IMG/VR virus record: IMGVR_UViG_3300030102_006999
Strand: one strand, 5' to 3'
From: an uncultured virus (IMG/VR IMGVR_UViG_3300030102_006999)
Taxonomy: Duplodnaviria; Heunggongvirae; Uroviricota; Caudoviricetes
Length of the DNA: 64,000 nucleotides
The translations under genes and the position numbers were made by a program. Shown here piece after piece: positions 48,377 through 56,539 of the stretch; within the stretch, counting starts at the first letter, position 1; each line of letters opens with the position of its first letter. Below the pieces are notes generated by a model, which saw only the letters and a list, made by a program, of their open reading frames with translations, had not been told where the DNA came from and did not search any database.

Positions 48377-49564
48377 TTGCAATTTCAAACTCTAGATGAC
48401 AAAAAAGAGTGTGTAGGTATATACCAAAATGGGCAGCTTTCTTTCAATCAGCCACTATCTTATTCTCTGTCTCGCACTTGGTCATATTCGGCTTTTTTAG
48501 ACGACAAAAATATCGAGTATGCAAGATTATATTGCGGAGGAAAGACTCTCGATGAAGTGTGCCCAGAGGCCCTACAAGACCGCTGGCAAGCAGTAAAGAA
48601 AAAGCTCGAAGCTTTTCTCAAATCATTTTCTACGGCCCGCGTATCTCTCGATCAGAACTGTTTTTATGATTTGGTTCCCGAGAAGTTTTTATTAGAGTTT
48701 TGTTATGTCAAGGACATGATTTGTGATTATGTTTTTGAGACCTATGATAAGCCAGAAAACTATGAATATATGTTAAATTTGACAAAAGAGATCGATAGAA
48801 TCAAATATCAGAGGATGAACATTAATTCTAGCAACTTACTTTTACAAAAACAAAAGCACCGCAGATTTGCCAAAAAGCTAAGTTCAATTATTCCTTATTG
48901 TAAATTTAATATTAGAGGAACCAAGACCGGCAGATTAACAACGCTAAAAAATAGCTTTCCTATTCTCACGTTAGACAAAGATTTAAGATCGGTTATTGAG
49001 CCGCAAAATGATTTTTTTATTGAACTTGACTTCAATGCGGCAGAGTTGAGAACTCTGCTCTCTCTTTCGGGAAAGACCCAGCCCGATATCGATTTACATG
49101 AGTGGAATATAAAAAATGTTTTTAACCAGTCTATCTCTAGAGATGAGGCTAAAAAGAAGATTTTTGCATGGCTCTACAATCCAGAAAGTTACGATAGAAT
49201 GTGTGAGCACGCTTACAGTAGAGATTTTATTGTAAGTCATTACTATTCAAAAGGTTTGGTCGTCAATTACTTCAACAGAGAAATAGAGTCAGAAAAAAGA
49301 ACCGCGTTAAACTACATCATTCAATCTACTTGTGCTGAAAATGTCTTGCGGCAAATGATTAAATTGTCTAATTATTTAAAACAGTCAAAATCTTTTGTGG
49401 CATTCCCCATCCATGATTCTGTTGTGATTGACTTTTCGATAGAAGATAAAGATAAGATAAAAGAAATGGTAAATATTTTTTCAGAAACAGAGTTAGGAAA
49501 GTTTTTGGTAAACGTTAGCGCAGGTAAAAACTTCGGTTCTTTACAAGAAATTAAAGGATTATAA
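48377..49564 (+). CDS. Minimal family-A DNA polymerase domain protein
   Basis: TKTGRLTT, motif A LDFNAAELRTL, motif B RDEAKKKIFAWLY, LNYIIQST, motif C IHDSVV; no exonuclease domain. Confidence 0.8.
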   Translation: MQFQTLDDKKECVGIYQNGQLSFNQPLSYSLSRTWSYSAFLDDKNIEYARLYCGGKTLDEVCPEALQDRWQAVKKKLEAFLKSFSTARVSLDQNCFYDLVPEKFLLEFCYVKDMICDYVFETYDKPENYEYMLNLTKEIDRIKYQRMNINSSNLLLQKQKHRRFAKKLSSIIPYCKFNIRGTKTGRLTTLKNSFPILTLDKDLRSVIEPQNDFFIELDFNAAELRTLLSLSGKTQPDIDLHEWNIKNVFNQSISRDEAKKKIFAWLYNPESYDRMCEHAYSRDFIVSHYYSKGLVVNYFNREIESEKRTALNYIIQSTCAENVLRQMIKLSNYLKQSKSFVAFPIHDSVVIDFSIEDKDKIKEMVNIFSETELGKFLVNVSAGKNFGSLQEIKGL

Positions 49565-50409
49565 TGAACATAGTAGCACTCGGCGATGGCGCTTGCAACG
49601 TAGCAGATTCGTTCTCAAAATACCCACAATATAAAATTTATAAAATAAATGTTGACATCTCTGGAGACAGGTGTTATAATATATCTAAATGTGAGACAGC
49701 AGAAGAGTATGAAGCTGTAGCGCTACCAAAGATCAAAACATTTTTCAAAGGAATGAAAGGAGAAACATTATTCATTGTTGGAGGAAGCGGAAAGATATCC
49801 TGTGCATGTTTAAAAATAATGCAGCATATAAAAAAGCTTCCGATATCGATTTTGTATTTGAGACCAGACGTAGAAATGCTAAACGAAGTACAGAGAATGC
49901 AAGAAAGGCTAGTATTTGGAGTACTTCAAGAATATACAAGAAGTGGAGTATTTGAAAAGATGTGCGTTGCCTCAACTCCTGATATCGAAGCTGCTGTAGG
50001 CGGCGCACCAATTCTAGGATACTACGACAAGATCAATGAAGCTTTGGTAAGTACGCTACACATGATTAACGTATTCGAAAACACAAAGTCAGTAATGGGA
50101 AGTGTGGAAAGGCCGAAAGAAACATATCGAATTATATCAGTCGGAATCTTTGATATTGAAAATAATTCAGAAAAAATGTTTTTTTCCCTTGACAACGCCA
50201 GAGATAAATGTTATATTTACAGTATAAATGAGAACAGACTAAAAACTGATGAGGAGCTTTACACTAGATTAAAAAATCAAATTAAAACTAAAGAGAAAGA
50301 TAACTTAAACATTTCTTTTGCGATTTACGCAAATGATTATGAATATGATTTGGGGTATATTATAGAAAGGACTCCACATATTCAGACAAATACAAAATCA
50401 GCAGAGTGA
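49564..50409 (+). CDS. Divergent tubulin/FtsZ-like protein
   Basis: MNIVALGDGACNVAD resembles the FtsZ GxGGxGxN loop; VGGSGKISCA is a degenerate GGGTGSG; about 280 aa. Confidence 0.5.
   Translation: MNIVALGDGACNVADSFSKYPQYKIYKINVDISGDRCYNISKCETAEEYEAVALPKIKTFFKGMKGETLFIVGGSGKISCACLKIMQHIKKLPISILYLRPDVEMLNEVQRMQERLVFGVLQEYTRSGVFEKMCVASTPDIEAAVGGAPILGYYDKINEALVSTLHMINVFENTKSVMGSVERPKETYRIISVGIFDIENNSEKMFFSLDNARDKCYIYSINENRLKTDEELYTRLKNQIKTKEKDNLNISFAIYANDYEYDLGYIIERTPHIQTNTKSAE
49652..49680 (+). promoter_or_regulatory. Perfect consensus sigma70 promoter inside the tubulin-like CDS
   Basis: TTGACA 49652-49657, 17 nt with TG, TATAAT 49675-49680. Confidence 0.7.
50189..50217 (+). promoter_or_regulatory. 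Sigma70-type promoter inside CDS, upstream of SSB
   Basis: TTGACA 50189-50194, TG 50209-50210, TATATT 50212-50217. Confidence 0.7.
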
Positions 50410-50460
50410 GATATTTGTCACTCTGACTATAGCAAAACCAGCAAATTAGGAGAAAACGAT

Positions 50461-51243
50461 ATGGGATTAGATATTGCTAGAATTCGAGCACGTCTCGATA
50501 CAGTAAAGAATAACGGAAAAGCCGGAGGATCATTCTGGCGACCCAAAGACGGAACACAAGCTATTCGCATTGTACCAACTGCCGATGGCGACCCGTTTAA
50601 AGATTATTGGTTCCACTACAACTTGGGCCCAGAACAGAAAGGCGGCCTTCTTTGTCCAAAGAAGAATCATGGAGATGATTGTCCTATCTGTACTTTCAAA
50701 GATACACTGTGGAAGGAATTCAATGAAACTCAAGATCCAGACACGATGAAACTGGCAAAAGATATGTCTCCTCGTCAGCGCTTTTTCTCACCAGTGTTAG
50801 TTCGAGGGGAAGAAAACGAAGGTGTTCGAGTATGGGGATACGGTAAGGAAGCATATACTTCTTTGTTGAACCTAGTTCTGAATCCCGAATATGGAGACAT
50901 TACAGATGTTGACGATGGCACCGACCTTACATTGACGTACGGAAAGCCTCCGGGCGCGAACTTCCCAAAGACAACGTTAACGCCTCGACGCCGTACAAGC
51001 CCACTTTGTGATGAAGCTGTAGGCGGAGATGCAGAGTGCAATCGTCTTTTAGAAAACATTCCAAACTTCGATTCCTTATTCGTTCAGAAATCCGCTTCTG
51101 AAGTTCAGCAGGCTCTTGACGCTTTTGTGGGAACTTTAGAGGCAACAGGAGAAGAGTCACAAGCGGCAGACATCGCAGTTCCGACTACAGAATCTGGAAC
51201 AACTGATGTAAATGCTGTATTCAGCGAACTGATGGGTACTTAA
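50461..51243 (+). CDS. Single-stranded DNA-binding protein (gp32-like)
   Basis: FWRPKDG...IRIVP, H...CPKK....CPIC zinc site, YGDITDVDDGTD, acidic tail. Confidence 0.85.
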   Translation: MGLDIARIRARLDTVKNNGKAGGSFWRPKDGTQAIRIVPTADGDPFKDYWFHYNLGPEQKGGLLCPKKNHGDDCPICTFKDTLWKEFNETQDPDTMKLAKDMSPRQRFFSPVLVRGEENEGVRVWGYGKEAYTSLLNLVLNPEYGDITDVDDGTDLTLTYGKPPGANFPKTTLTPRRRTSPLCDEAVGGDAECNRLLENIPNFDSLFVQKSASEVQQALDAFVGTLEATGEESQAADIAVPTTESGTTDVNAVFSELMGT

Positions 51244-51254
51244 AATTTGCTCCA

Positions 51255-51282
51255 ACCGCAGGGAGGCATGGGTACACAGATG
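51255..51282 (+). repeat. 28-bp direct repeat copy 1 (hairpin-forming)
   Basis: ACCGCAGGGAGGCATGGGTACACAGATG, identical to 51765-51792. Confidence 0.95.
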
Positions 51283-51321
51283 CCTCATCATTTTAACTAA
51301 AAACAAAATAGGATTTTAAAC

Positions 51322-51759
51322 ATGGCAACAATTGTAGAAGGAAACAAAGTACGAGTACACTATCGAGGTACTTTAAATGATGGGACAGAGTTTGATAACT
51401 CTCATGAGCGAGGCGAGCCTATTTCGGTAGATGTTGGATCTGGTCAGGTAATTCCGGGCTTTGACAATGCTCTTCTTGGTATGCAAGTAGGTGAATCAAA
51501 GACAGTAACTATCCCACCAGAAGAGGCTTATGGTCCCCTTTTGGATCAGGCTCGCACAGAAATCGACCGATCTCTTTTTCCACAAGACTTGCAGCTTTCT
51601 GAAGGCATGCCAGTTCCTCTGGCAACAGAAGAAGGCCACAAACTTTTGGGTCGTATTATTGGATTGACAGAAGAGGTTGTTACAGTTGACTTAAACCATC
51701 CGTTAGCCGGACAAACTCTAAACTTCGAAATCGAACTAGTAGAAGTAGAACAGGATTAA
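51322..51759 (+). CDS. FKBP-type peptidyl-prolyl isomerase (SlyD-like, no His tail)
   Basis: VHYRGTLNDGTEFDNS, GQVIPGFDNAL, IPPEEAYG, DLNHPLAGQTLNFEIEL. Confidence 0.95.
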   Translation: MATIVEGNKVRVHYRGTLNDGTEFDNSHERGEPISVDVGSGQVIPGFDNALLGMQVGESKTVTIPPEEAYGPLLDQARTEIDRSLFPQDLQLSEGMPVPLATEEGHKLLGRIIGLTEEVVTVDLNHPLAGQTLNFEIELVEVEQD

Positions 51760-51764
51760 CAAAC

Positions 51765-51792
51765 ACCGCAGGGAGGCATGGGTACACAGATG
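51765..51792 (+). repeat. 28-bp direct repeat copy 2
   Basis: Identical to 51255-51282. Confidence 0.95.
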
Positions 51793-51816
51793 TCTTATAT
51801 TTCACAAGAGGAAAAA

Positions 51817-52011
51817 ATGAATATTCTAAAAGAAAATCGCATCGTTTCAAATTCTTTTATCGTTGCGACACTACTATCAATTACATTATCTATTGCCATT
51901 TGGGCAGCTGCAGGAGGCGATAGCGTAGAACAAACGCAGCGACTTGCTCTTTTTGTTGGTCTTTGGGCACCAACATTCATGGGCTTTGCAAACTACTATA
52001 AGGAAGACTAA
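51817..52011 (+). CDS. Small two-TM membrane protein
   Basis: Start reassigned to ATG 51817 after GAGG; SITLSIAIW...ALFVGLWAPT. Confidence 0.65.
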   Translation: MNILKENRIVSNSFIVATLLSITLSIAIWAAAGGDSVEQTQRLALFVGLWAPTFMGFANYYKED

Positions 52012-53132
52012 TGGCAAGAAAGTCTAAATCACCTGTCGGCAAGGTCTCAATGGCCGATCTTAGAAAAAATATTAATAAAAGAGCGGGAATGAATGTCGCT
52101 CACGACTTAAATGAAGCCAATCCTACAGAAGTAACTCAATGGATTCCAACCGGTTCTCGATGGCTAGATTCTATTATCTGTCGAGGACGATACGCGGGAA
52201 TTCCAGTAGGTAAAGTTTCTGAAATTGCAGGGCTGGAGGCCACAGGTAAATCTTATATGGCCGCACAAATCGCCGCAAACGCCCAAAAGATGGGCATTGA
52301 CGTGGTTTATTTCGATTCGGAGTCAGCTATTGATCCGTCTTTCTTAGAGAATGCTGGTTGCGATCTAGATAACTTGCTGTATATTCAGGCCCAAAATGTA
52401 GAGTTTGTCCTAGAGACAATTGAAGAGTTGTTGGGATCAGGTAATCAGTTTCTGTTTATCTGGGATTCGTTGGCTTTGACTCCTGCTATTAGTGAAGTTG
52501 AAGGTAGCTTCGACCCTATGTCGCAGATGGCTATGAAGGCAAGGATTCTTGCACGAGCCATGTCCAAATTAGCTTTACCTATCGCTAACGCAAATGCGAC
52601 GTTGCTTGTCCTCAATCAGCTGAAGACGAACATTACCCGCAGCCCTTCAGAGGCCATGACGACTCCTTTTGTCACTCCCGGCGGAAAAGCAATGGCATAT
52701 GCCTATTCTCTTCGAGTTTGGCTCACTGGACGAAAAGCAAAGGCCAGTTTTGTTTTGGACAACAATGGTTTCCGAATCGGCTCTGAAGTAAAGGTAAAAC
52801 TTGAAAAGTCTCGTTTTGGAACAGCTGGAAGAAACTGTAACTTTAGGATCCTCTGGGGAGGAGACACAGTAGCGATTCAAGATGATGAGTCTTTGTTCGA
52901 TGCTGTTAAGGGTTCTGATAATATCATTCAATCAGGTGCTTGGTACACTATGGTATTTGAAGATGGTTCTACAGAAAAGTTTCAAGCGGCAAAATGGGTT
53001 GAAAAGATGCAAAACGATAAATTCCGTCAGCGTGTCTATCAAATCATGGACGAAGAAGTCATCATGAAGTTCGACAAGCGACAAGGAAATGCAGCAGATT
53101 TTTATGACTCGGAAGAGGAAAACGTTGAATAA
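52011..53132 (+). CDS. recA: RecA/UvsX recombinase
   Basis: IPTGS, EIAGLEATGKS, FDSESA, IWDS, LNQ, TPGGKA. Confidence 0.93.
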   Translation: MARKSKSPVGKVSMADLRKNINKRAGMNVAHDLNEANPTEVTQWIPTGSRWLDSIICRGRYAGIPVGKVSEIAGLEATGKSYMAAQIAANAQKMGIDVVYFDSESAIDPSFLENAGCDLDNLLYIQAQNVEFVLETIEELLGSGNQFLFIWDSLALTPAISEVEGSFDPMSQMAMKARILARAMSKLALPIANANATLLVLNQLKTNITRSPSEAMTTPFVTPGGKAMAYAYSLRVWLTGRKAKASFVLDNNGFRIGSEVKVKLEKSRFGTAGRNCNFRILWGGDTVAIQDDESLFDAVKGSDNIIQSGAWYTMVFEDGSTEKFQAAKWVEKMQNDKFRQRVYQIMDEEVIMKFDKRQGNAADFYDSEEENVE

Positions 53133-53182
53133 AGTGCCTTGTTCTTCGTCTAAATAAGAGAACAACAAAATAGAGAGGAAAG

Positions 53183-53500
53183 ATGTTCAAAACATTAACA
53201 ATACTTTTTGGCTTACTTATTTCAACTTCCAGCTTTGCTCATGACACTCCACAGTGTGATCAGCGCTGGATCTTTGTTCCGGGTCACTATGACTCATATG
53301 GCCACTGGGTTCCCACACGCAGATTCTACGGAACTCAATGTTGGAATTCTCGTGGCCAAATTACTGCACAATACCCAGCACAAACTCGACCTCATACTCA
53401 CTACCATCCTCATCACTACCCTCGTCCTCAAATAAATATTCGAATTCCCATTCGATTACCGAGGCATCATCACCATCCACGACACCACCATCATCGATAA
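53183..53500 (+). CDS. Secreted His/Pro/Arg-rich small protein
   Basis: Signal peptide ending SSFA-H; WIFVPGHY..YGHWVP repeat; HHHHPRHHHHR tail. Confidence 0.6.
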   Translation: MFKTLTILFGLLISTSSFAHDTPQCDQRWIFVPGHYDSYGHWVPTRRFYGTQCWNSRGQITAQYPAQTRPHTHYHPHHYPRPQINIRIPIRLPRHHHHPRHHHHR

Positions 53501-53526
53501 GGCCCTTTATGGGCCTTTTCCCTTTC
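53499..53526 (+). terminator. Rho-independent terminator
   Basis: AAGGCCC-TTTAT-GGGCCTT followed by TTCCCTTTC. Confidence 0.65.
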
Positions 53527-53544
53527 TAAATACTATTTGTTTAC

Positions 53545-54141
53545 GTGAGCAATAAACTAAACAAAATAAAATATGACAAGCTGCTTCTAGAATTGAAATT
53601 TTTAGAAGCAGATTTAGAATATACCAAACAAGTTGTCAATGAAAACAAACAGCTTTTCGATCAAGAATGTGAAGTGGTATCTAAAAAGCAAGGTATATGG
53701 CAAGATGTTCAATCCCGCAAAGCCAAGCAGAGTAAAAAAGGTCCACCCCCTGTAAAGCAGAAAAAGAAAAAAAGAGTTCGGAAAAAAGACAAAGAACTCT
53801 TTAAAAAGATAGCAAAAGAATCACATCCTGACAAGTTGTTATCTCTTTCTGACGAAGAGCGCAAAAAGAAAGAAAAAATCTTTCTTGAAGCTTCAAGCGC
53901 AATGGACGAAGGCTTGTCTTCCATAATAAGATCAGCTGCTTTAGACTTAGGTATAGATCCCGGCGAACTAGAAGAGTCCGATCTAGAAAGTCTTGAGCAA
54001 AAAATACAACAAACATCAGATAATATAAAATCTCTTAAAAGAAGTGTTCTTTGGAACTGGATCAATCAAGAGACTGCTGAAAAGAAAGAAGAAATTACTA
54101 AAATATATTTAAAATTTATCTTGACAAATCTTCCAGAATAA
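53545..54141 (+). CDS. J-domain-like protein (HPD motif)
   Basis: LFKKIAKESHPDKL...F.EA..A flanked by coiled coils. Confidence 0.7.
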   Translation: MSNKLNKIKYDKLLLELKFLEADLEYTKQVVNENKQLFDQECEVVSKKQGIWQDVQSRKAKQSKKGPPPVKQKKKKRVRKKDKELFKKIAKESHPDKLLSLSDEERKKKEKIFLEASSAMDEGLSSIIRSAALDLGIDPGELEESDLESLEQKIQQTSDNIKSLKRSVLWNWINQETAEKKEEITKIYLKFILTNLPE

Positions 54142-54149
54142 GATAAGAT
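54121..54149 (+). promoter_or_regulatory. Sigma70-type promoter of 5'-3' exonuclease
   Basis: TTGACA 54121-54126, 17 nt, TAAGAT 54144-54149. Confidence 0.6.
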
Positions 54150-54169
54150 AGTATCTTGTAGGAGCAAGA

Positions 54170-55132
54170 ATGACTAAAAGATTGATCGTAATAGACGCGC
54201 TGAATGCGTACTTCAGAGCATATATTGTTAACCCTAGTTTATCTCTAAATGGAGAGCCAATCGGGGGCTATAAAGGCTTCCTTGGTATCTTACAGAAGCT
54301 TTGCAAGGATATGAAGCCTGATGAGATAGTTATTGCTTGGGACGGCGCAGGAGGCTCTGCGAGAAGAAAAACTGTCAATAAAAACTACAAAGAAGGTCGA
54401 AAGCCTATTCGATTAAATCGTTCAGTGAAGACCTTGACAGAAGATCAGGAAATGCACAATAAGGTATGGCAACAGTCACGCTTAATGGAAATGCTGAACT
54501 GTATGCCAGTTATGCAAATCATGCTCGATAGCACCGAGGCGGACGATATCATTTCTTATGTCGTTCAAGACCAGAAATATAAAGGATGGCAAAAGATAAT
54601 TATATCCAGTGACAAAGACTTCTTTCAGTTATGTGATGACGAAACCATTCTCTATAGACCTATTCAGAAAAAGTTTATGAGCAAGCCAAGAATCTTAGAG
54701 GAGTTCAATATTCATCCAACTAACTTCGCCTTGGCGCGCGCAATTGCGGGTGATAAATCTGATAATCTGGATGGGGTAAAGGGGGTTGGTCTTGCGACGG
54801 TAGCGAAAAGGATGCCTTTCTTTGCAGAAGATGACGATGTTACCATCGATAAGGTTGTAGAATTCTGCCAAAATAACAATACTGGACTAAAAAAGATGGA
54901 GCTTATTGCTGAATCTAGGGAGAAGATTGAAGAAAACTATAAGATTATGCAGCTATATTCTCCTACTATATCGATCAATGGAAAGAATAAGATTAAATAT
55001 ATTTTAGAAAACTTTGAACCATCATTAAACAAAACAGAGATTATTAAAATGATGGCTGAAGATGGCTTCGGCGACAAAATGGATCTGTCTATGCTTTATG
55101 CCACTTTCAAAAGAATTATATCAAATACTTGA
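54170..55132 (+). CDS. 5'-3' exonuclease / flap endonuclease (T4 RNase H-like)
   Basis: VIDALN, AWDG, YKEGR, EADDII, SSDKDFFQL, GDKSDNLDGVKGVG. Confidence 0.93.
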   Translation: MTKRLIVIDALNAYFRAYIVNPSLSLNGEPIGGYKGFLGILQKLCKDMKPDEIVIAWDGAGGSARRKTVNKNYKEGRKPIRLNRSVKTLTEDQEMHNKVWQQSRLMEMLNCMPVMQIMLDSTEADDIISYVVQDQKYKGWQKIIISSDKDFFQLCDDETILYRPIQKKFMSKPRILEEFNIHPTNFALARAIAGDKSDNLDGVKGVGLATVAKRMPFFAEDDDVTIDKVVEFCQNNNTGLKKMELIAESREKIEENYKIMQLYSPTISINGKNKIKYILENFEPSLNKTEIIKMMAEDGFGDKMDLSMLYATFKRIISNT

Positions 55133-55157
55133 CAAGAGAAATAATACGTGTTATTAT
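55129..55157 (+). promoter_or_regulatory. Sigma70-type promoter of helicase
   Basis: TTGACA 55129-55134, TG, TATTAT 55152-55157. Confidence 0.65.
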
Positions 55158-55176
55158 AGATAATACTGGAGCATGA

Positions 55177-56526
55177 ATGTCAAAAGAAAACTTTAGCCAA
55201 TATGGGAAAGATTTTCAAGAAACTCTCTGTCATTTAATTTTGGTCGACAGGCCATTTGCGGATCAGATGTTTGAAGTCTTAGATGTTAATTTTTTAGAAC
55301 TAAAATATCTACAGACTTTTGTAGAGCTAGTTGGGAAATACAGAGAAAAGCATTCGGTACATCCTACCGAAAAGATTATGAAGACGGTCATGAGAGCAAA
55401 CATTTCAGACCAGTCAGATTTAGTACAGACGCAAATTAGAGATTACTTTGCAAGAATCTACAAGACGGAAATAGAAGATTCGGAATACATCAAGCACACT
55501 GCTTTGGACTTCTGTCGAAAGCAAAAACTAAAAGAAGCAATGTTGAAGTCCGTAAAACTTCTCAAGACATCTTCGTTTGATGAAATCTCTTCAGTAATTA
55601 ATGAAGCTCTTCTTCTGGGTGCGGATTCCGATTTCGGATATGATTATGTTAAAGACTTCGAAGCAAGATTCCTCTTTAAATCAAGAGATCCAATCCAGAC
55701 CGGCTGGCCAGAAATCGATGCAATCACGCATCAGGGTTTAGGCAAAGGCGAGCTTGGGGTAGTTATCGCCCCGACAGGCGCAGGTAAATCTATGGCATTG
55801 GTGCATCTGGCTGCTGAAGCCTTAAAGAACGGAAAAAATGTAGTTTATTATACATTAGAGTTAGCAGAAACTGTAATCGCATCTCGTTTCGATAGCTGTA
55901 TTACTAATGTACCTTTAAACGATTTAAGAGATTTCAAAGATGAAATCTTTGAAAAAGTTCACATGCTTGACGGCAAATTGGTAGTAAAAGAATACCCAAC
56001 AAAGTCAGCAAGCGCTAATACTTTGAAAGCTCATCTGGAAAAAGTAACAAAGAGAGGTCTCAAAGTTGATATGATCGTAGTCGATTATGGAGATTTATTA
56101 CGACCAACTTCAACTTTAAGAGAGAAAAGACATGAACTAGAGACTATTTATGAACAGCTTAGAGGACTAGCACAGGAGTTTAAATGTTGTATATGGACAG
56201 CCTCGCAGACAAATAGATCGGGGCTGAACGCTGAGGTTATCACAATGGAGTCTATCAGCGAGGCTTTTAATAAGTGTTTCGTAGCAGATTTTATTATGTC
56301 AATCTCTCGAACTGCTGAAGATAAAAGGCTCAATACTGGCCGTATATTTATCGCAAAGAATAGAAATGGCGAAGATGGTATCATATATCCAATTCATATG
56401 AACACTTCGAATGTTACAATTAGAGTAGAACAATCAACCGGCGAAACCATTGGTGAAGCACAAAAAGAAGCTAAAAAAAGACAGGAAGCGAAGCTAGTCT
56501 CGCTGTACAAAAAGAACAAAAAATAA
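55177..56526 (+). CDS. Replicative DnaB-like helicase (gp41-like)
   Basis: APTGAGKS, YYTLEL, VKEYPT, VDYGDLL, WTASQTNR, AKNRNG. Confidence 0.93.
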   Translation: MSKENFSQYGKDFQETLCHLILVDRPFADQMFEVLDVNFLELKYLQTFVELVGKYREKHSVHPTEKIMKTVMRANISDQSDLVQTQIRDYFARIYKTEIEDSEYIKHTALDFCRKQKLKEAMLKSVKLLKTSSFDEISSVINEALLLGADSDFGYDYVKDFEARFLFKSRDPIQTGWPEIDAITHQGLGKGELGVVIAPTGAGKSMALVHLAAEALKNGKNVVYYTLELAETVIASRFDSCITNVPLNDLRDFKDEIFEKVHMLDGKLVVKEYPTKSASANTLKAHLEKVTKRGLKVDMIVVDYGDLLRPTSTLREKRHELETIYEQLRGLAQEFKCCIWTASQTNRSGLNAEVITMESISEAFNKCFVADFIMSISRTAEDKRLNTGRIFIAKNRNGEDGIIYPIHMNTSNVTIRVEQSTGETIGEAQKEAKKRQEAKLVSLYKKNKK

Positions 56527-56539
56527 CGGAGGAATTATA

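Noticed and set aside
51255..51792. 28-bp direct repeat as a CRISPR array
   Set aside because: Only two copies, separated by 482 bp containing a full gene; no cas genes seen.
51778..51816. ORF-track start at 51778
   Set aside because: The ATG lies in the hairpin repeat shared with a non-coding copy; ATG 51817 has its own GAGG SD.
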